A stretch of DNA of 59,795 bases. It comes from an uncultured Candidatus Saccharibacteria bacterium (GTDB lineage: Bacteria; Patescibacteriota; Minisyncoccia; Minisyncoccales; GWA2-38-27). Both the position numbers and the translations under genes were made by a program. Positions 7,939-18,057 of the stretch are shown here, piece by piece; the stretch's first letter is position 1, and every line of letters starts with the position of its first letter. The notes under the pieces are model-generated. The model made no database searches and was not told the DNA's origin. It saw nothing but the letters and a program-made list of their open reading frames with translations. Where the stretch lies: NCBI GenBank assembly GCA_964391095.1, contig CAYMJA010000001.1, positions 1-59,795 on the forward strand, given 5' to 3'.

Positions 7939-9690
7939 ATGGTAAAAATTGAAACAATTCGTCATTCTTTAGCTCATATCTTGGCTTATGCGGTTCAGGA
8001 ATTATATCCCGGAACTAAATTCGGCATTGGGCCGGCTATTGAAAACGGGTTCTACTACGATTTTGATTTGCCAAAGAGTCTAACCCTTAAGGATTTGCCA
8101 AGAATAGAGAAAAAAATGCGGGAAATCATTAAGAAAGATTTGCCTTTTAAAAAAGAAATTATTTCGAAAGAAAAAGCAAAAAAAATATTCCGAGACCAAC
8201 CTTATAAGTTAGAATTAATAAAAGAAATTGAACGGGTCACACTCGTTAAAGTTTATCAGGTTGGAAATTTTATTGATTTATGTAAGGGACCTCATCTAAG
8301 GTCAACCCTTCAGTTACATTCAGGGCAAGCAAAAGAAGCAATTGATGCTTTCAAATTAACAAAAATTGCCGGTGCTTATTGGAAAGGTGATGAAAAACAG
8401 CCAATGCTCACTCGTATCTATGGAATAGCTTTTAAAACAAAAAAAGAATTGGCTCAATATCTTAAAATCCAAGAAGAAGCAGGAAAAAGAGACCATCGAA
8501 AATTAGGACAAAAATTAGAATTATTCAGCATCAACGAAGAAATTGGAGCAGGTCTTCCTCTGTGGCATCCAAGAGGAGCAATTTTACGAAAAATTATTGA
8601 AGATTATCTTTATAAAGAATTAATTTCTCAAGGCTATCAATGGATAGTCACTCCTCATATCGGCAAACTTTCTCTCTGGAAAACTTCAGGTCATTGGAAC
8701 TTTTACAGAGAAAATATGTACTCCCCTATTAAAATTGATGAAGAAGAATACCTGTTAAAACCAATGAATTGTCCTTTCCATATTAAAATTTATCAATCAA
8801 AAATTAGAAGTTATAAGGACTTGCCTATAAAATTCGCAGAATTAGGAACTGTCTATAGATATGAAAAATCAGGAGTTTTACATGGATTAACCAGAGTTCG
8901 GGGTTTTACCCAAGACGATGCCCACATCTTCTGCACCCCAGACCAAATGACAAAAGAACTAACTTCTATTTTACAATATGGTTTAAATATTCTAAAAACT
9001 TTTGGTTTTAAAGATTACGAAATTTATCTATCTACCCGCCCTAAAAAATTTATGGGTACATTAAAAATGTGGCAAAAAGCAACTAATTCCCTAAAATATG
9101 CTTGTGAAAAATTGAAATTAAAATATCAAGTAGATCCTGAAGGAGGAATTTTTTACGGTCCTAAAATTGATATTAAAATAAAGGACTCATTAGGAAGGCC
9201 TTGGCAGTGCAGTACTTTCCAAATCGACTTCAATTTACCAAAAGCTTTTAATGTTCTCTATATCGATAAAAAAGGTAAAAAGAAAGAGCCGATTATGATT
9301 CATAGGGCTTTATTGGGTTCTCTGGAAAGATTCATTGGAATTTTACTCGAACACTATGCCGGCGCTTTGCCAATATGGCTGTCTCCCATTCAAGTCTGGG
9401 TAATTCCAGTTGGCTCTCCTCATAAAAATTATGCAAAAGAAATATCTTCTCAATTCATCGAGAACAAGGTTCGATGTGAATTGAAAGATAAAAATGAAAC
9501 TGTCTCAAAGAAAATAAGAGAAGGAGAACTTCAAAAAATTCCCTATCTTTTAGTAGTTGGTGATAAAGAAATGAAAACAAAATCTGTTAGGGTAAGAGTA
9601 AGAGAAAAGGGCGACATTGGTAAGATGAAAATAGATAAGTTTATTGAAAAGATTAGAAAGGAAACAGAGAACAAAAAAACAACAAACTAA
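7939..9690 (+). CDS. thrS: Threonyl-tRNA synthetase (no N-terminal TGS domain)
   Basis: Starts at the editing-domain motif IRHSLAHILA...GFYYDF. Class II core and anticodon-binding domain are present. Confidence 0.95.
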   Translation: MVKIETIRHSLAHILAYAVQELYPGTKFGIGPAIENGFYYDFDLPKSLTLKDLPRIEKKMREIIKKDLPFKKEIISKEKAKKIFRDQPYKLELIKEIERVTLVKVYQVGNFIDLCKGPHLRSTLQLHSGQAKEAIDAFKLTKIAGAYWKGDEKQPMLTRIYGIAFKTKKELAQYLKIQEEAGKRDHRKLGQKLELFSINEEIGAGLPLWHPRGAILRKIIEDYLYKELISQGYQWIVTPHIGKLSLWKTSGHWNFYRENMYSPIKIDEEEYLLKPMNCPFHIKIYQSKIRSYKDLPIKFAELGTVYRYEKSGVLHGLTRVRGFTQDDAHIFCTPDQMTKELTSILQYGLNILKTFGFKDYEIYLSTRPKKFMGTLKMWQKATNSLKYACEKLKLKYQVDPEGGIFYGPKIDIKIKDSLGRPWQCSTFQIDFNLPKAFNVLYIDKKGKKKEPIMIHRALLGSLERFIGILLEHYAGALPIWLSPIQVWVIPVGSPHKNYAKEISSQFIENKVRCELKDKNETVSKKIREGELQKIPYLLVVGDKEMKTKSVRVRVREKGDIGKMKIDKFIEKIRKETENKKTTN

Positions 9691-9701
9691 TTAAGTGTCT
9701 T

Positions 9702-11327
9702 ATGTCTCAGTTATCTCAACCTACCCAAAAATTATTACAACAATATCAACTTTGGTATCAATCTATTCAGCTTAAAGAGGAAATAGCAACTATTCATGTT
9801 GATGAAGTGGCCTCAAGGGTTGCGGCTTTCTATGAAAAAATAAGAGGAATTATAGATTGGAAAGAAGAACATCTTTTAAAAAGAAGAGCAATTGAAAGAA
9901 TGCTCAAAAGAAGACTTTTTTCCCAAATAGATGTAATCAATGGAAGTTTTTCTAAAAATTTAATTGCTACACCCTTAATTTTAGAGTTAATTCGGGGAGG
10001 ACATTTTCCAAACGACAAAATTGCAGAGACAAAAATTAAAGAGGTTCAAAAAACAATTGATAAATATGTCTTTATTCTAAATCACAGTTCTTCTCTACAA
10101 AAAAAATCAAAAATTCAGCTTTATGCCTGGCTATCTTCAATTGCCGCCTGCGAAATAGAGGAAATTATCAGTCCTTCTTTAAAAGAAAGGGCCTTAATAA
10201 ACTATATGTTTGAATTGATGAAAGAACGGGTTAAATTAAACGAAGGAACCTTAGCAATAAAAGGAATGAATGAAAAAGAAAAAAATATCCAAACCTATAT
10301 CGCAGTCCAACAGGCCTTATTTAAATTGGATTGGCCGATAATTAGTTATCATCTTTTAAAATATCAATATCCGGAGTGGAGAAATTCTTCTGAAACCGAG
10401 GTTGAGGAAATTGCCAGGAACATTTATTCAATCCGGGAAACAATAGAAAAACATTTAAGTCATCCCTTGGCAGGCAAATTCTATCAAATCTGTGAAAAAT
10501 ATGATACTCCTTACTTGCTTTTAGGAGATATTATCTCTGAAGAGCCAATGGAGATAAAAGAAAAAATCTCAAAACCAGAAGTTTTAGAAACTTTAATCAG
10601 AAAAGTTTATAACAAAAGAGTTAAAACCTTAAAATCACGACTGGCGAGAGCTGCTTTTTACTCTACTTTATCTATTTTTCTTACCAATATTATTGCCCTC
10701 TTGGTTATAGAAATACCCTTTAACAAATATGTAACCGGTTACTATTTTAATTTTCTGGCTATGGGAATAGATATCTTCATTCCTACTCTTTTAATGTTCT
10801 TCTTGGTTGTCACCATTAAACCCCCAAAAAAAGGAAACCTTGAACAGACAATAATGGAAATTATGAAAATTGTCTATCAAAGAGAAAAAAAAGATGTCTA
10901 CGAGATAAGAACTTTCCCAAAAAAAAGTTTTGTTTTTAATGTAATAATAAAGCTCTTCTATCTTCTGGGTTTCTGTATTATTATCGGCTTAATAATGTGG
11001 GGGCTTTATCAAATACACTTTCCTCCTCTCTCTTACTTAATTTTTATTATCTTCTTCTCTTTAATTGCTTTTGCCGGGGCTAAAATCCGACAAAGAGCTA
11101 AAGAATTAGAGGTGATTGAAGAAAAAGAAACGTTTTCTTCTTTTCTTGTCGACTTATTTGCTGTGCCTGTGATTCAATTAGGAAAATGGCTGACAAGCCA
11201 TTGGAAAAAATATAACATCATAGCTGTTTTTTTCACTGCTTTAATCGATATGCCCTTTGTAGTTTTTGTAGAGTTCTTAGAACAATGGAGATACTTTTTA
11301 AAAAAGAAAAAAGAAAAAATTCATTAA
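9702..11327 (+). CDS. Hypothetical multi-pass membrane protein (541 aa)
   Basis: Long ORF with a soluble N-terminal half and several hydrophobic helices in the C-terminal half. No recognisable motif. Confidence 0.6.
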   Translation: MSQLSQPTQKLLQQYQLWYQSIQLKEEIATIHVDEVASRVAAFYEKIRGIIDWKEEHLLKRRAIERMLKRRLFSQIDVINGSFSKNLIATPLILELIRGGHFPNDKIAETKIKEVQKTIDKYVFILNHSSSLQKKSKIQLYAWLSSIAACEIEEIISPSLKERALINYMFELMKERVKLNEGTLAIKGMNEKEKNIQTYIAVQQALFKLDWPIISYHLLKYQYPEWRNSSETEVEEIARNIYSIRETIEKHLSHPLAGKFYQICEKYDTPYLLLGDIISEEPMEIKEKISKPEVLETLIRKVYNKRVKTLKSRLARAAFYSTLSIFLTNIIALLVIEIPFNKYVTGYYFNFLAMGIDIFIPTLLMFFLVVTIKPPKKGNLEQTIMEIMKIVYQREKKDVYEIRTFPKKSFVFNVIIKLFYLLGFCIIIGLIMWGLYQIHFPPLSYLIFIIFFSLIAFAGAKIRQRAKELEVIEEKETFSSFLVDLFAVPVIQLGKWLTSHWKKYNIIAVFFTALIDMPFVVFVEFLEQWRYFLKKKKEKIH

Positions 11328-11336
11328 AAGTGACTT

Positions 11337-11894
11337 ATGAATTTTGGCCTAAAAAAAGAAAAGGAATTAGTAAAAAGGGCTCAAAAAGAGCCCGAGGCTT
11401 TTTCTGAACTTTATGATCAAAATTATTCAAAAATTTTCGGCTACACTCTAAAAAGAACCGCTAATATTGAAACTGCTCAAGATATTACTTCGGAAACTTT
11501 CTTAAAAGCATTAAAAAATATCAAAAAATTTAAATGGAAGGGTGTTTCTTTTTCTTGTTGGCTTTATCGAATCGCTTCAAATGAAATAGCGAATTATTTC
11601 CGGAAAAACAAATATAGAGCAATTTCTTTTGAGAAAATCTCAGAACCGATTTCTCTCTCTAACCCATCTCAAGAACTCATTGAAGCCGAAGAACAGCTAA
11701 AAAGACAAAAAGATTTTTTAGAATTACAACAAAAAATTACTAAACTTCCCGATGTTTATCAAGAAGTAATTGTTCTAAAATTCTTTGAAAAAAAGAAAAT
11801 CAAAGAAATTGCTAAAATTTTAGGGAAAAAAGAAGGAACAGTAAAATCTTTACTTCACCGAGGAGTAAAGAAATTAAGAAAATTAATGGAATAA
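11337..11894 (+). CDS. ECF-type RNA polymerase sigma factor
   Basis: Region 2 (FSELYDQNYSKIFGY...AQDITSETFLKA) and region 4 HTH (IKEIAKILGKKEGTVKSLLHRG). Confidence 0.9.
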   Translation: MNFGLKKEKELVKRAQKEPEAFSELYDQNYSKIFGYTLKRTANIETAQDITSETFLKALKNIKKFKWKGVSFSCWLYRIASNEIANYFRKNKYRAISFEKISEPISLSNPSQELIEAEEQLKRQKDFLELQQKITKLPDVYQEVIVLKFFEKKKIKEIAKILGKKEGTVKSLLHRGVKKLRKLME

Positions 11895-11928
11895 TGAAAC
11901 CTTTTTAGATAAAAAATGTTTTACTAAT

Positions 11929-12726
11929 ATGAAAGATGAAGATGTAATCAAAAAATTAGAGAAAATTAAACTCCCTCAAATTGAAATCCCCAGCCATAAA
12001 AAGCGGCTTAAAATGGCTTTATTTAATTGGAAATACGGCAAAGAAAAAAAAGCTGAGAGCATCTTCCTTGGACTAAGAAAAGTATTAATCCCTTTAGGTA
12101 CGGTAGCTGTCGTTTTTGTAATCATTTTAATTGTCAGTAATTTAATTGCCCCTCAATATACTTTAGCTGAGGTTAAAAAAATCGCTATGAAAGACCCCCA
12201 AGTCAAAGAATTGATAGAAAAAGGAGCTGAAATAAAAGATATAGAAATAATCAAAAATAAAGCTTATGTTTTAATTAGCCCTAAAGAAGTTTCTGAAGAC
12301 AGTCCAATCGAAACCCAAATTGAAAAAAGAAAGATTAAAGGGGCTTTAGTTGAAATAGGGCTTAAAGAAAAAGAAGTAGTAAAAATTAAAGAAATTACCC
12401 CAAAAGTTATTTCTCTAACCCAGCAGGAAAAAGAAAAAATTAAAAACATAATCAAAGAGTCGGAATTTCCCCAAATTGCCGGAGAAACTTTAGAAATTGA
12501 AAAAATAGAACCGCTCTCTACTTATCAGTTAGATTTGATTAAAAAAGACGATACAGTGGAAGTTTTACAAAAGGAAAAAGAAGATAAAAAAGTTATAATA
12601 ATTTATAAGATTGAAGATAAAACAAAGCAAGGAAAAATTGATTTAATTAAGAGAGAAATAGAAAAAGTTGAAATTTTAGAAAAAAGCGAGAAATTAGAGG
12701 GGAGTTCAGAAAGAACCGAGAAGTAA
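11929..12726 (+). CDS. Membrane-anchored protein downstream of ECF sigma (possible anti-sigma factor)
   Basis: Single TM (VLIPLGTVAVVFVIILIV) after a short cytoplasmic N-terminus. Assignment rests on gene position only. Confidence 0.4.
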   Translation: MKDEDVIKKLEKIKLPQIEIPSHKKRLKMALFNWKYGKEKKAESIFLGLRKVLIPLGTVAVVFVIILIVSNLIAPQYTLAEVKKIAMKDPQVKELIEKGAEIKDIEIIKNKAYVLISPKEVSEDSPIETQIEKRKIKGALVEIGLKEKEVVKIKEITPKVISLTQQEKEKIKNIIKESEFPQIAGETLEIEKIEPLSTYQLDLIKKDDTVEVLQKEKEDKKVIIIYKIEDKTKQGKIDLIKREIEKVEILEKSEKLEGSSERTEK

Positions 12727-12818
12727 AAAAAACAAAAGAAAAAAACAAAAACGCAACCTTTTCAAAGAGGCTGCGTTTTGCTATAAAAGGTCGAAAAAAA
12801 GATTAAAAAAGCAAAAAC

Positions 12819-13826
12819 ATGAAAAAAATAATATCTATTTTGTTCTTATCAAGCTTTATTTTTACCAATCTCGGAGTAATTGGTACTGTTCATGCTATGG
12901 CAATGAATCGTCCACCCGGGACTGTTGTAGGCGTATCAAGAAACCTCCCGCCAGTTATTGACGGTCTTACTGCTCCAAGTCAATTAAAGGTTAATGAAAC
13001 AGGTACTTGGACAATTAGGGCTCATGACCCGGAAAACGGTATCTTAACTTATTCAATCAATTGGGGAAACGAAATTCCAGTATATCCTCTTAAAGAAGGG
13101 AAAATGACCCAGCAAACCACTACCTTTACCCATAGTTATAGTAACCCTGGCAATTATACTATTGTTTTTACTATAACAGACGACCATCAACAAACGGCTA
13201 AAACATCCACCACTGTTAGAGTAATCTCAAAAGAAAAATCCCTCATAGTCATCTCGCCTAATGGAGGGGAAATCTGGCACCGAGATAAAATACAGACCAT
13301 CCGTTGGACAAGTAAGGTAAAATTTCTAAAAACAAGCCCTGATTTCAATTTCAACCCAAAAGTATCGATTGATTTGTATAAAAGAAGCCCCAATGTTTGT
13401 GTCCCCGAAGCAAACTATTGTCCTTCCTACAAATCAACCTTTGTCAGACATATTGCCTATGCGAATCTCTTTGACGGAAGCTATTCTTGGAAAATCAGCC
13501 AAGATATCCCTGATAGAGATGATTACGTAATTAGAATTAGTTTTAGCAACATCCATCCTATTTTTCCCTGTAAAGAAGATACTTGTGCCAGTGAAAAAAT
13601 CGAGGAAATAATGCCTTTTCCTCCTTATTATCACTGGGATGAAAGTGATGGGGATGAAAGTGATGGACCATTCGAAATCACTGGGAAAACAATTCCTTTA
13701 CCTCCTCAGCCACCCTGGCCAGCAGATTCAACAGAAATAATTGAGGTGCTTAAAAAAGTAAGTTTGGAACTTAGCAAAGTAATTAACCTTTTAGCAGAAA
13801 TGACCGTGATTTCTTCAACAAGATAG
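12819..13826 (+). CDS. Secreted PKD-domain protein
   Basis: Signal peptide plus a PKD-like module (GTWTIRAHDPENG...FTHSYSNPGNYTIVFTITDD). Confidence 0.7.
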   Translation: MKKIISILFLSSFIFTNLGVIGTVHAMAMNRPPGTVVGVSRNLPPVIDGLTAPSQLKVNETGTWTIRAHDPENGILTYSINWGNEIPVYPLKEGKMTQQTTTFTHSYSNPGNYTIVFTITDDHQQTAKTSTTVRVISKEKSLIVISPNGGEIWHRDKIQTIRWTSKVKFLKTSPDFNFNPKVSIDLYKRSPNVCVPEANYCPSYKSTFVRHIAYANLFDGSYSWKISQDIPDRDDYVIRISFSNIHPIFPCKEDTCASEKIEEIMPFPPYYHWDESDGDESDGPFEITGKTIPLPPQPPWPADSTEIIEVLKKVSLELSKVINLLAEMTVISSTR

Positions 13827-13837
13827 ACAAAAAGTCA

Positions 13838-13875
13838 GTCAAAAAGGCGGGAGAACCCGCCTTTTTGACTATAAT
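13838..13875 (+). terminator. Rho-independent terminator
   Basis: 14-bp stem GTCAAAAAGGCGGG/CCCGCCTTTTTGAC. Confidence 0.8.
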
Positions 13876-13951
13876 TTACTTTTTTTAAAAAAAGGGTACA
13901 ATTAAAAAAAGGCCGAAAAAATAAAATAAATTATTAAAATTAATTAACACT

Positions 13952-15040
13952 ATGTTATTGAAAACAAAACCTATTTTAACTCTAATGATAATTTGTTTTG
14001 GATTAGGAATAGGGTTAGTTACCCTTGCTCAAGAAACTTCAGTTGTTGAAGACGTAGCTCTCGACGAAGAAGTTTCAGCTGAAGATTTAGAAATTGAACA
14101 GCCCCAACTTTTGCCAGACAGTCCTTTTTATTTCCTAAAAAATTGGAATAGGGGCATCCGTTCTTTCTTTACTTTCAACAAAACAAGGAAAGCCGAATTG
14201 AAAGCAAAATTTGCTAATGAAAAACTGATGGAAGTTAAGAAAATGGTCGAAGAGAAAAAGGACGCTCAAGCTGTTAAAAAAGGTCTGGAAAATTATCAAA
14301 AAGAAGTAGAAAAAGTTAAGACTACAGCAAACCAAATAGAAGAGAAGGCAGCCGAAAGCCCAAGGGTAGATAGTTTCCTGAATAAATTTATCAAACACCA
14401 ACTTTTGCACCAGAAACTCCTTCAGAAATTAGAAACCCAGGTTCCTTCAGAGGTTTTTGAAAAAATAGAAGAAGTAAGAGAAAGACATTTGGAGACATTT
14501 GGTGGGGTAATGATAAAACTTGAAGATAGAAAAGAAAAAATTGGAGAAAAATTAGAAAAAAACATGGAAGAAACAAAAGGAAGCAAGTATAAGAACTTTA
14601 AGAATTTAGAAGTTTTGATTGAACTCGAGGAAAAAATCCCCGAAGTTGCCAAAGAGGCGGTCCAAAAAGCTCAGCAAAATTCTTTAAAGGGGTTGCAGGG
14701 CAACTTAGAGAAAATGTCTCCCGAAGACCAAGAAAAATTTAAAGAATATGTAGACAAAATATCTGGTAATAAAGGCAAGCAACTGGAAATCTTAGAAGAC
14801 CTAAAATTTGAAATGGGGGAAAAACCAGAATTCAAAGAAATAAAAGCAAATGTAATAAAAGCAAGGGAAAAGATTTTAGAAAAAGTCGGAGAGGGTGTCC
14901 AAGAAAGAGTAAAAACCTGTCCGAAAATAGAAAAACCTGCTCCTGGATTCTGTGAAGAAGGAAGAATCATTATCAAAAGAGATGAAAAGGGTTGTATCAC
15001 AGATTTTAAATGCCTGATTCCGGCTAAGGTTATTAAGTAA
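13952..15040 (+). CDS. Secreted coiled-coil protein (CPR-typical, LPDSPFYFLK motif; DUF5667-like from memory)
   Basis: Signal anchor, LPDSPFYFLKNW motif, long K/E coiled-coil, Cys-rich C-terminus. Confidence 0.55.
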   Translation: MLLKTKPILTLMIICFGLGIGLVTLAQETSVVEDVALDEEVSAEDLEIEQPQLLPDSPFYFLKNWNRGIRSFFTFNKTRKAELKAKFANEKLMEVKKMVEEKKDAQAVKKGLENYQKEVEKVKTTANQIEEKAAESPRVDSFLNKFIKHQLLHQKLLQKLETQVPSEVFEKIEEVRERHLETFGGVMIKLEDRKEKIGEKLEKNMEETKGSKYKNFKNLEVLIELEEKIPEVAKEAVQKAQQNSLKGLQGNLEKMSPEDQEKFKEYVDKISGNKGKQLEILEDLKFEMGEKPEFKEIKANVIKAREKILEKVGEGVQERVKTCPKIEKPAPGFCEEGRIIIKRDEKGCITDFKCLIPAKVIK

Positions 15041-15053
15041 ATCAGGAATAAAC

Positions 15054-15095
15054 ACAACATAAAAACAGTCCTTGAGGGGACTGTTTTTATGTTGT
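15054..15095 (+). terminator. Strong hairpin terminator (18-bp perfect stem)
   Basis: ACAACATAAAAACAGTCC-ttgagg-GGACTGTTTTTATGTTGT. Confidence 0.8.
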
Positions 15096-15128
15096 AAAAT
15101 GAACCCCGTGAAACAAAAATTAACGAAA

Positions 15129-16454
15129 ATGACTAAAAAATACTTCATAATTACATATGGATGTCAGATGAACCATTCGGATAGTGAACGGATTGTTGCT
15201 GTTTTGGAAAAAGCAGGATATAAACCGGCTTCAAAAATAGATAAAGCTGATTTCATTGTGGCTAATATGTGCTCGGTGAGGCAGTCAGCAGTAGATAGGG
15301 TATATGGCAAAATCAGAGATTTTGCTAAACTGAAAACTCAAAACTTAAAACTTAAAACTGTATTAACCGGATGTATTCTAAAAAAAGATAGGAAAAAATT
15401 TAAAGAAAAATTCGACTTTATTCTCAATATTAAAAATTTAGCGAAATGGCCAAAAATTTTATCAAACTCCCCTAATCAAATAGCTGACTATCATTCATTA
15501 TTAGAAACAGGCGATTATCTTAAAATTCAATCAAAATATTCAAATAACTTTTCGGCTCTTGTTCCTATCTCCAGTGGCTGCAATAATTTTTGCGCTTATT
15601 GTGTCATTCCTCTCACTCGAGGACCTTTAATTTGTAGGCCCCACAAAGATATACTAAAAGAAGTTCAAGGTTTAATCAAAAATAAATATAAAGAAATTTG
15701 GCTTTTAGGCCAGAATGTTAACGATTATCACTCCTCTGTTGATATTTCTGTTGATTTTCCAAAATTGTTAAAAATGGTAAATGATATTCCAGGGGACTTT
15801 TGGCTTCGATTTACTTCTCCTCACCCAAAAAATTTTTCAGATGAATTAGTTAATGTTATGGCAAAATCTCAAAAAGTTACTCCTTATTTAAATCTGCCAG
15901 TTCAATCAGGAGATGACGAAATTTTAAAGAGAATGAACCGTTCTTATACTGTGAAACAATACAAGAGTTTAGTTAAAAAAATTCGGAAAAAAATTCCAAA
16001 TATTGCCTTATCCACCGATGTAATTGTTGGTTTTCCCGGAGAAACAAAAAAACAATTTCAAAATACTGTAAAATTATTTAAACAGATTAAATTTGATATG
16101 GCTTATATTTCCAAATACTCTCCAAGACCGGGAACAGCCGCGGCAAAAATGGAAGATAATATCCCCTGTCAGGAAAAAGAAAGAAGATGGAAAATTTTAA
16201 CAGAAATCCTAAAAGAAACAGCCCTTGAGAAGAATAAAAAATATATTGGAAAAACCGTTGAGGTTTTAATTGATGAAATTAAAAATGGCTTTATTTTTGG
16301 AAAAACAAGAAGTTTTAAGACAGTAAAAATTAAACAAAAAATAAACACTAGAAATGATAAATTAAAAAACGGAGATATTATCAGGGTAGAGATCGTCGGA
16401 ATCGACTCCTTCGGGTTATACGGAGAATTGTTGGTATTAAATACTAAAAAATAA
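15129..16454 (+). CDS. miaB: tRNA-i6A37 methylthiotransferase MiaB (radical SAM)
   Basis: YFIITYGCQMNHSDSE, CNNFCAYCVIP radical-SAM Cys triad, TRAM C-terminus. The start is placed after the upstream terminator hairpin. Confidence 0.9.
   Translation: MTKKYFIITYGCQMNHSDSERIVAVLEKAGYKPASKIDKADFIVANMCSVRQSAVDRVYGKIRDFAKLKTQNLKLKTVLTGCILKKDRKKFKEKFDFILNIKNLAKWPKILSNSPNQIADYHSLLETGDYLKIQSKYSNNFSALVPISSGCNNFCAYCVIPLTRGPLICRPHKDILKEVQGLIKNKYKEIWLLGQNVNDYHSSVDISVDFPKLLKMVNDIPGDFWLRFTSPHPKNFSDELVNVMAKSQKVTPYLNLPVQSGDDEILKRMNRSYTVKQYKSLVKKIRKKIPNIALSTDVIVGFPGETKKQFQNTVKLFKQIKFDMAYISKYSPRPGTAAAKMEDNIPCQEKERRWKILTEILKETALEKNKKYIGKTVEVLIDEIKNGFIFGKTRSFKTVKIKQKINTRNDKLKNGDIIRVEIVGIDSFGLYGELLVLNTKK
15332..15359 (+). 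repeat. In-frame heptamer array (NAAAACT)x4 in miaB
   Basis: GAAAACT CAAAACT TAAAACT TAAAACT, encoding KLKTQNLKLK. The same peptide occurs in pheT. Confidence 0.85.
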
Positions 16455-16474
16455 TAGTTTGTACAGAAATAAGA

Positions 16475-16508
16475 AAAGCTCTGACATATAGTATTTATCA
16501 GAGCTTTT
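16475..16508. terminator. Bidirectional hairpin between convergent miaB and the GC-rich ORF
   Basis: AAAAGCTCTGA...TCAGAGCTTTT (11-bp stem). Confidence 0.6.
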
Positions 16509-16531
16509 GTTCAGGAAGTCAAGAACCTTTT

Positions 16532-17047
16532 CTATTTGCGAGGACGGACAAAGACCCAGAGAACCGCAGGGCCCCAAAGAATGTCAGTAAAGCCATATTG
16601 ACAGTCCAGCCGTAGCCCAATAAAGTCACTGGGGTTCTCCACCTCGAACACGCGCAGGTAACCGTGAGAATCGGCAATCGGCTCCATAGCGACGAGAATG
16701 CTTTCGCCAATGGGCTGGTTCTCGTATTGTAATCGCAATTGAGGACCGACCTCTGCCGGACAGAGTTCGAGTCCCAACGATTGCTTGGCTCGTTTATAAA
16801 TCTTGTAGCTCGTGGCGTTCTGAAGAAAACCAAGCTCGGCGACCGTGACTATGACTAAATCCACTTCGCTCTCTTTGGAAGCCACCGTGAAGGCAGAATC
16901 TTCAAGGATGTCTTTGGCCCGTTTGATGACAAAGAATTTCTTATTCTCATTCAAGGTTTCATAGAGGTCAGCGCCCTTGAGACCAGTGCCAATCTTGATG
17001 GTCTTCCATAACTTAACTCCCCGTCTTAGGTTCGATTCTCGTCCCAT
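16532..17047 (-). CDS. Hypothetical protein, compositionally foreign (about 50% GC)
   Basis: 171-aa ORF with AAGGAG RBS. GC is far above the surrounding sequence. No motif recognised. Confidence 0.7.
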   Translation of the reverse strand: MGRESNLRRGVKLWKTIKIGTGLKGADLYETLNENKKFFVIKRAKDILEDSAFTVASKESEVDLVIVTVAELGFLQNATSYKIYKRAKQSLGLELCPAEVGPQLRLQYENQPIGESILVAMEPIADSHGYLRVFEVENPSDFIGLRLDCQYGFTDILWGPAVLWVFVRPRK

Positions 17048-17316
17048 GATTCTTCATCTCCTTTCTTGATTCTGTTCTCTCTATTTAAGATTATAGGAAC
17101 TAACTACCAATTGTAAGTAATTAATATGTAAAAGAACTATTTTCTATTACGATTGGATAATAGCAAATTATCTAATTTCTGTCAAGAGATTGACAAAATT
17201 CCAAAAATACGATTTATATAAAGATATAATAGTGATAGGCCAAGAATCGTATCTTTAATGTGTTGACGGGATGCCCTGGGGATTAAAAGGGTTGTTATAA
17301 TTAAAAGAAACAAAAT

Positions 17317-17345
17317 TTGACAAAAAATTAAATTTATTCTAATAT
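17317..17345 (+). promoter_or_regulatory. Sigma70-like promoter (TTGACA-17-TAATAT) for the 204-aa ORF
   Basis: tTTGACAaaaaattaaatttattcTAATAT, with a strong RBS AAAGGAGGT before the ATG at 17400. Confidence 0.6.
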
Positions 17346-17399
17346 AAAATAAATAAAATTTTTCTGCTCATTAAAAATTTATAAAAAGGAGGTAAAAAA

Positions 17400-18014
17400 A
17401 TGGCGGAAAGTGAAGAAAATACTGGTTATGAAATAGGAAAATGGTATATGGTTGAGATCGATCGTAAGGTTTTTATCCCGGCAAAATTCATTGGTCTCAG
17501 AAAACCTTGCCCCTTACCAATTGAGCTCTCTCATGATTTTCCTCATCCAGGGCAAGCAGTATTTGAAAACGTAAAAATCTACAGCGGATGCGGATTCAAG
17601 GGTGCTGACTGGAAAGAAGATTCAGGATATAGAAACCTAGGAATAGGAGGAAGATATACTAACTTTGCACCTACTTTTAGACCGGTAACTGAAAATGAAT
17701 TATGGGCTGTTAGAGCAATTGAAAAATTCCAGGAAATTGTAGCTGGCAGAGAAAAATCTTTCAGTATCACTATGAACAATGGTTGTCGGCTTGAAGGAAA
17801 AATCCAGCCGCCAAAAAAGAAAGACAACCTAGCTGGTGAATATTACAGCAAGGTAATCAACCCAAAAACTAGAGAATCAAAAGAGGGAAAATTTGATTAT
17901 GACGGCAAAAGTGAGTCGGTTCAAGTTTATCTTTTATCGAGGCTACCAGGGTGGCATATCATTGAAGTAAAACAACAAAAAATCTTTTTTGGCATACCGC
18001 AAAAAAGTAACTAA
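17400..18014 (+). CDS. Hypothetical protein (204 aa)
   Basis: Strong RBS, own promoter and terminator. No motif recognised. Confidence 0.7.
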   Translation: MAESEENTGYEIGKWYMVEIDRKVFIPAKFIGLRKPCPLPIELSHDFPHPGQAVFENVKIYSGCGFKGADWKEDSGYRNLGIGGRYTNFAPTFRPVTENELWAVRAIEKFQEIVAGREKSFSITMNNGCRLEGKIQPPKKKDNLAGEYYSKVINPKTRESKEGKFDYDGKSESVQVYLLSRLPGWHIIEVKQQKIFFGIPQKSN

Positions 18015-18021
18015 AACATAT

Positions 18022-18057
18022 GAGGTAATCTTAATGATAGGTTACCTCTTTTTTTTC
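18022..18057 (+). terminator. Rho-independent terminator
   Basis: GAGGTAA...TTACCTC followed by T9. Confidence 0.75.

Noticed and set aside
13634-13668. 15-nt tandem duplication (GGGATGAAAGTGATG x2, WDESDGDESDG) in the PKD protein, and the NPENPENP 9-nt repeat at about 39928-39950
   Set aside because: These are ordinary in-frame microduplications in non-essential surface proteins. They are not linked to the dispersed families.
16519-16833. 104-aa ORF overlapping the 171-aa GC-rich ORF in another frame
   Set aside because: It is a same-strand overlap within a GC-rich gene. The longer ORF has a proper AAGGAG RBS and this one has none.
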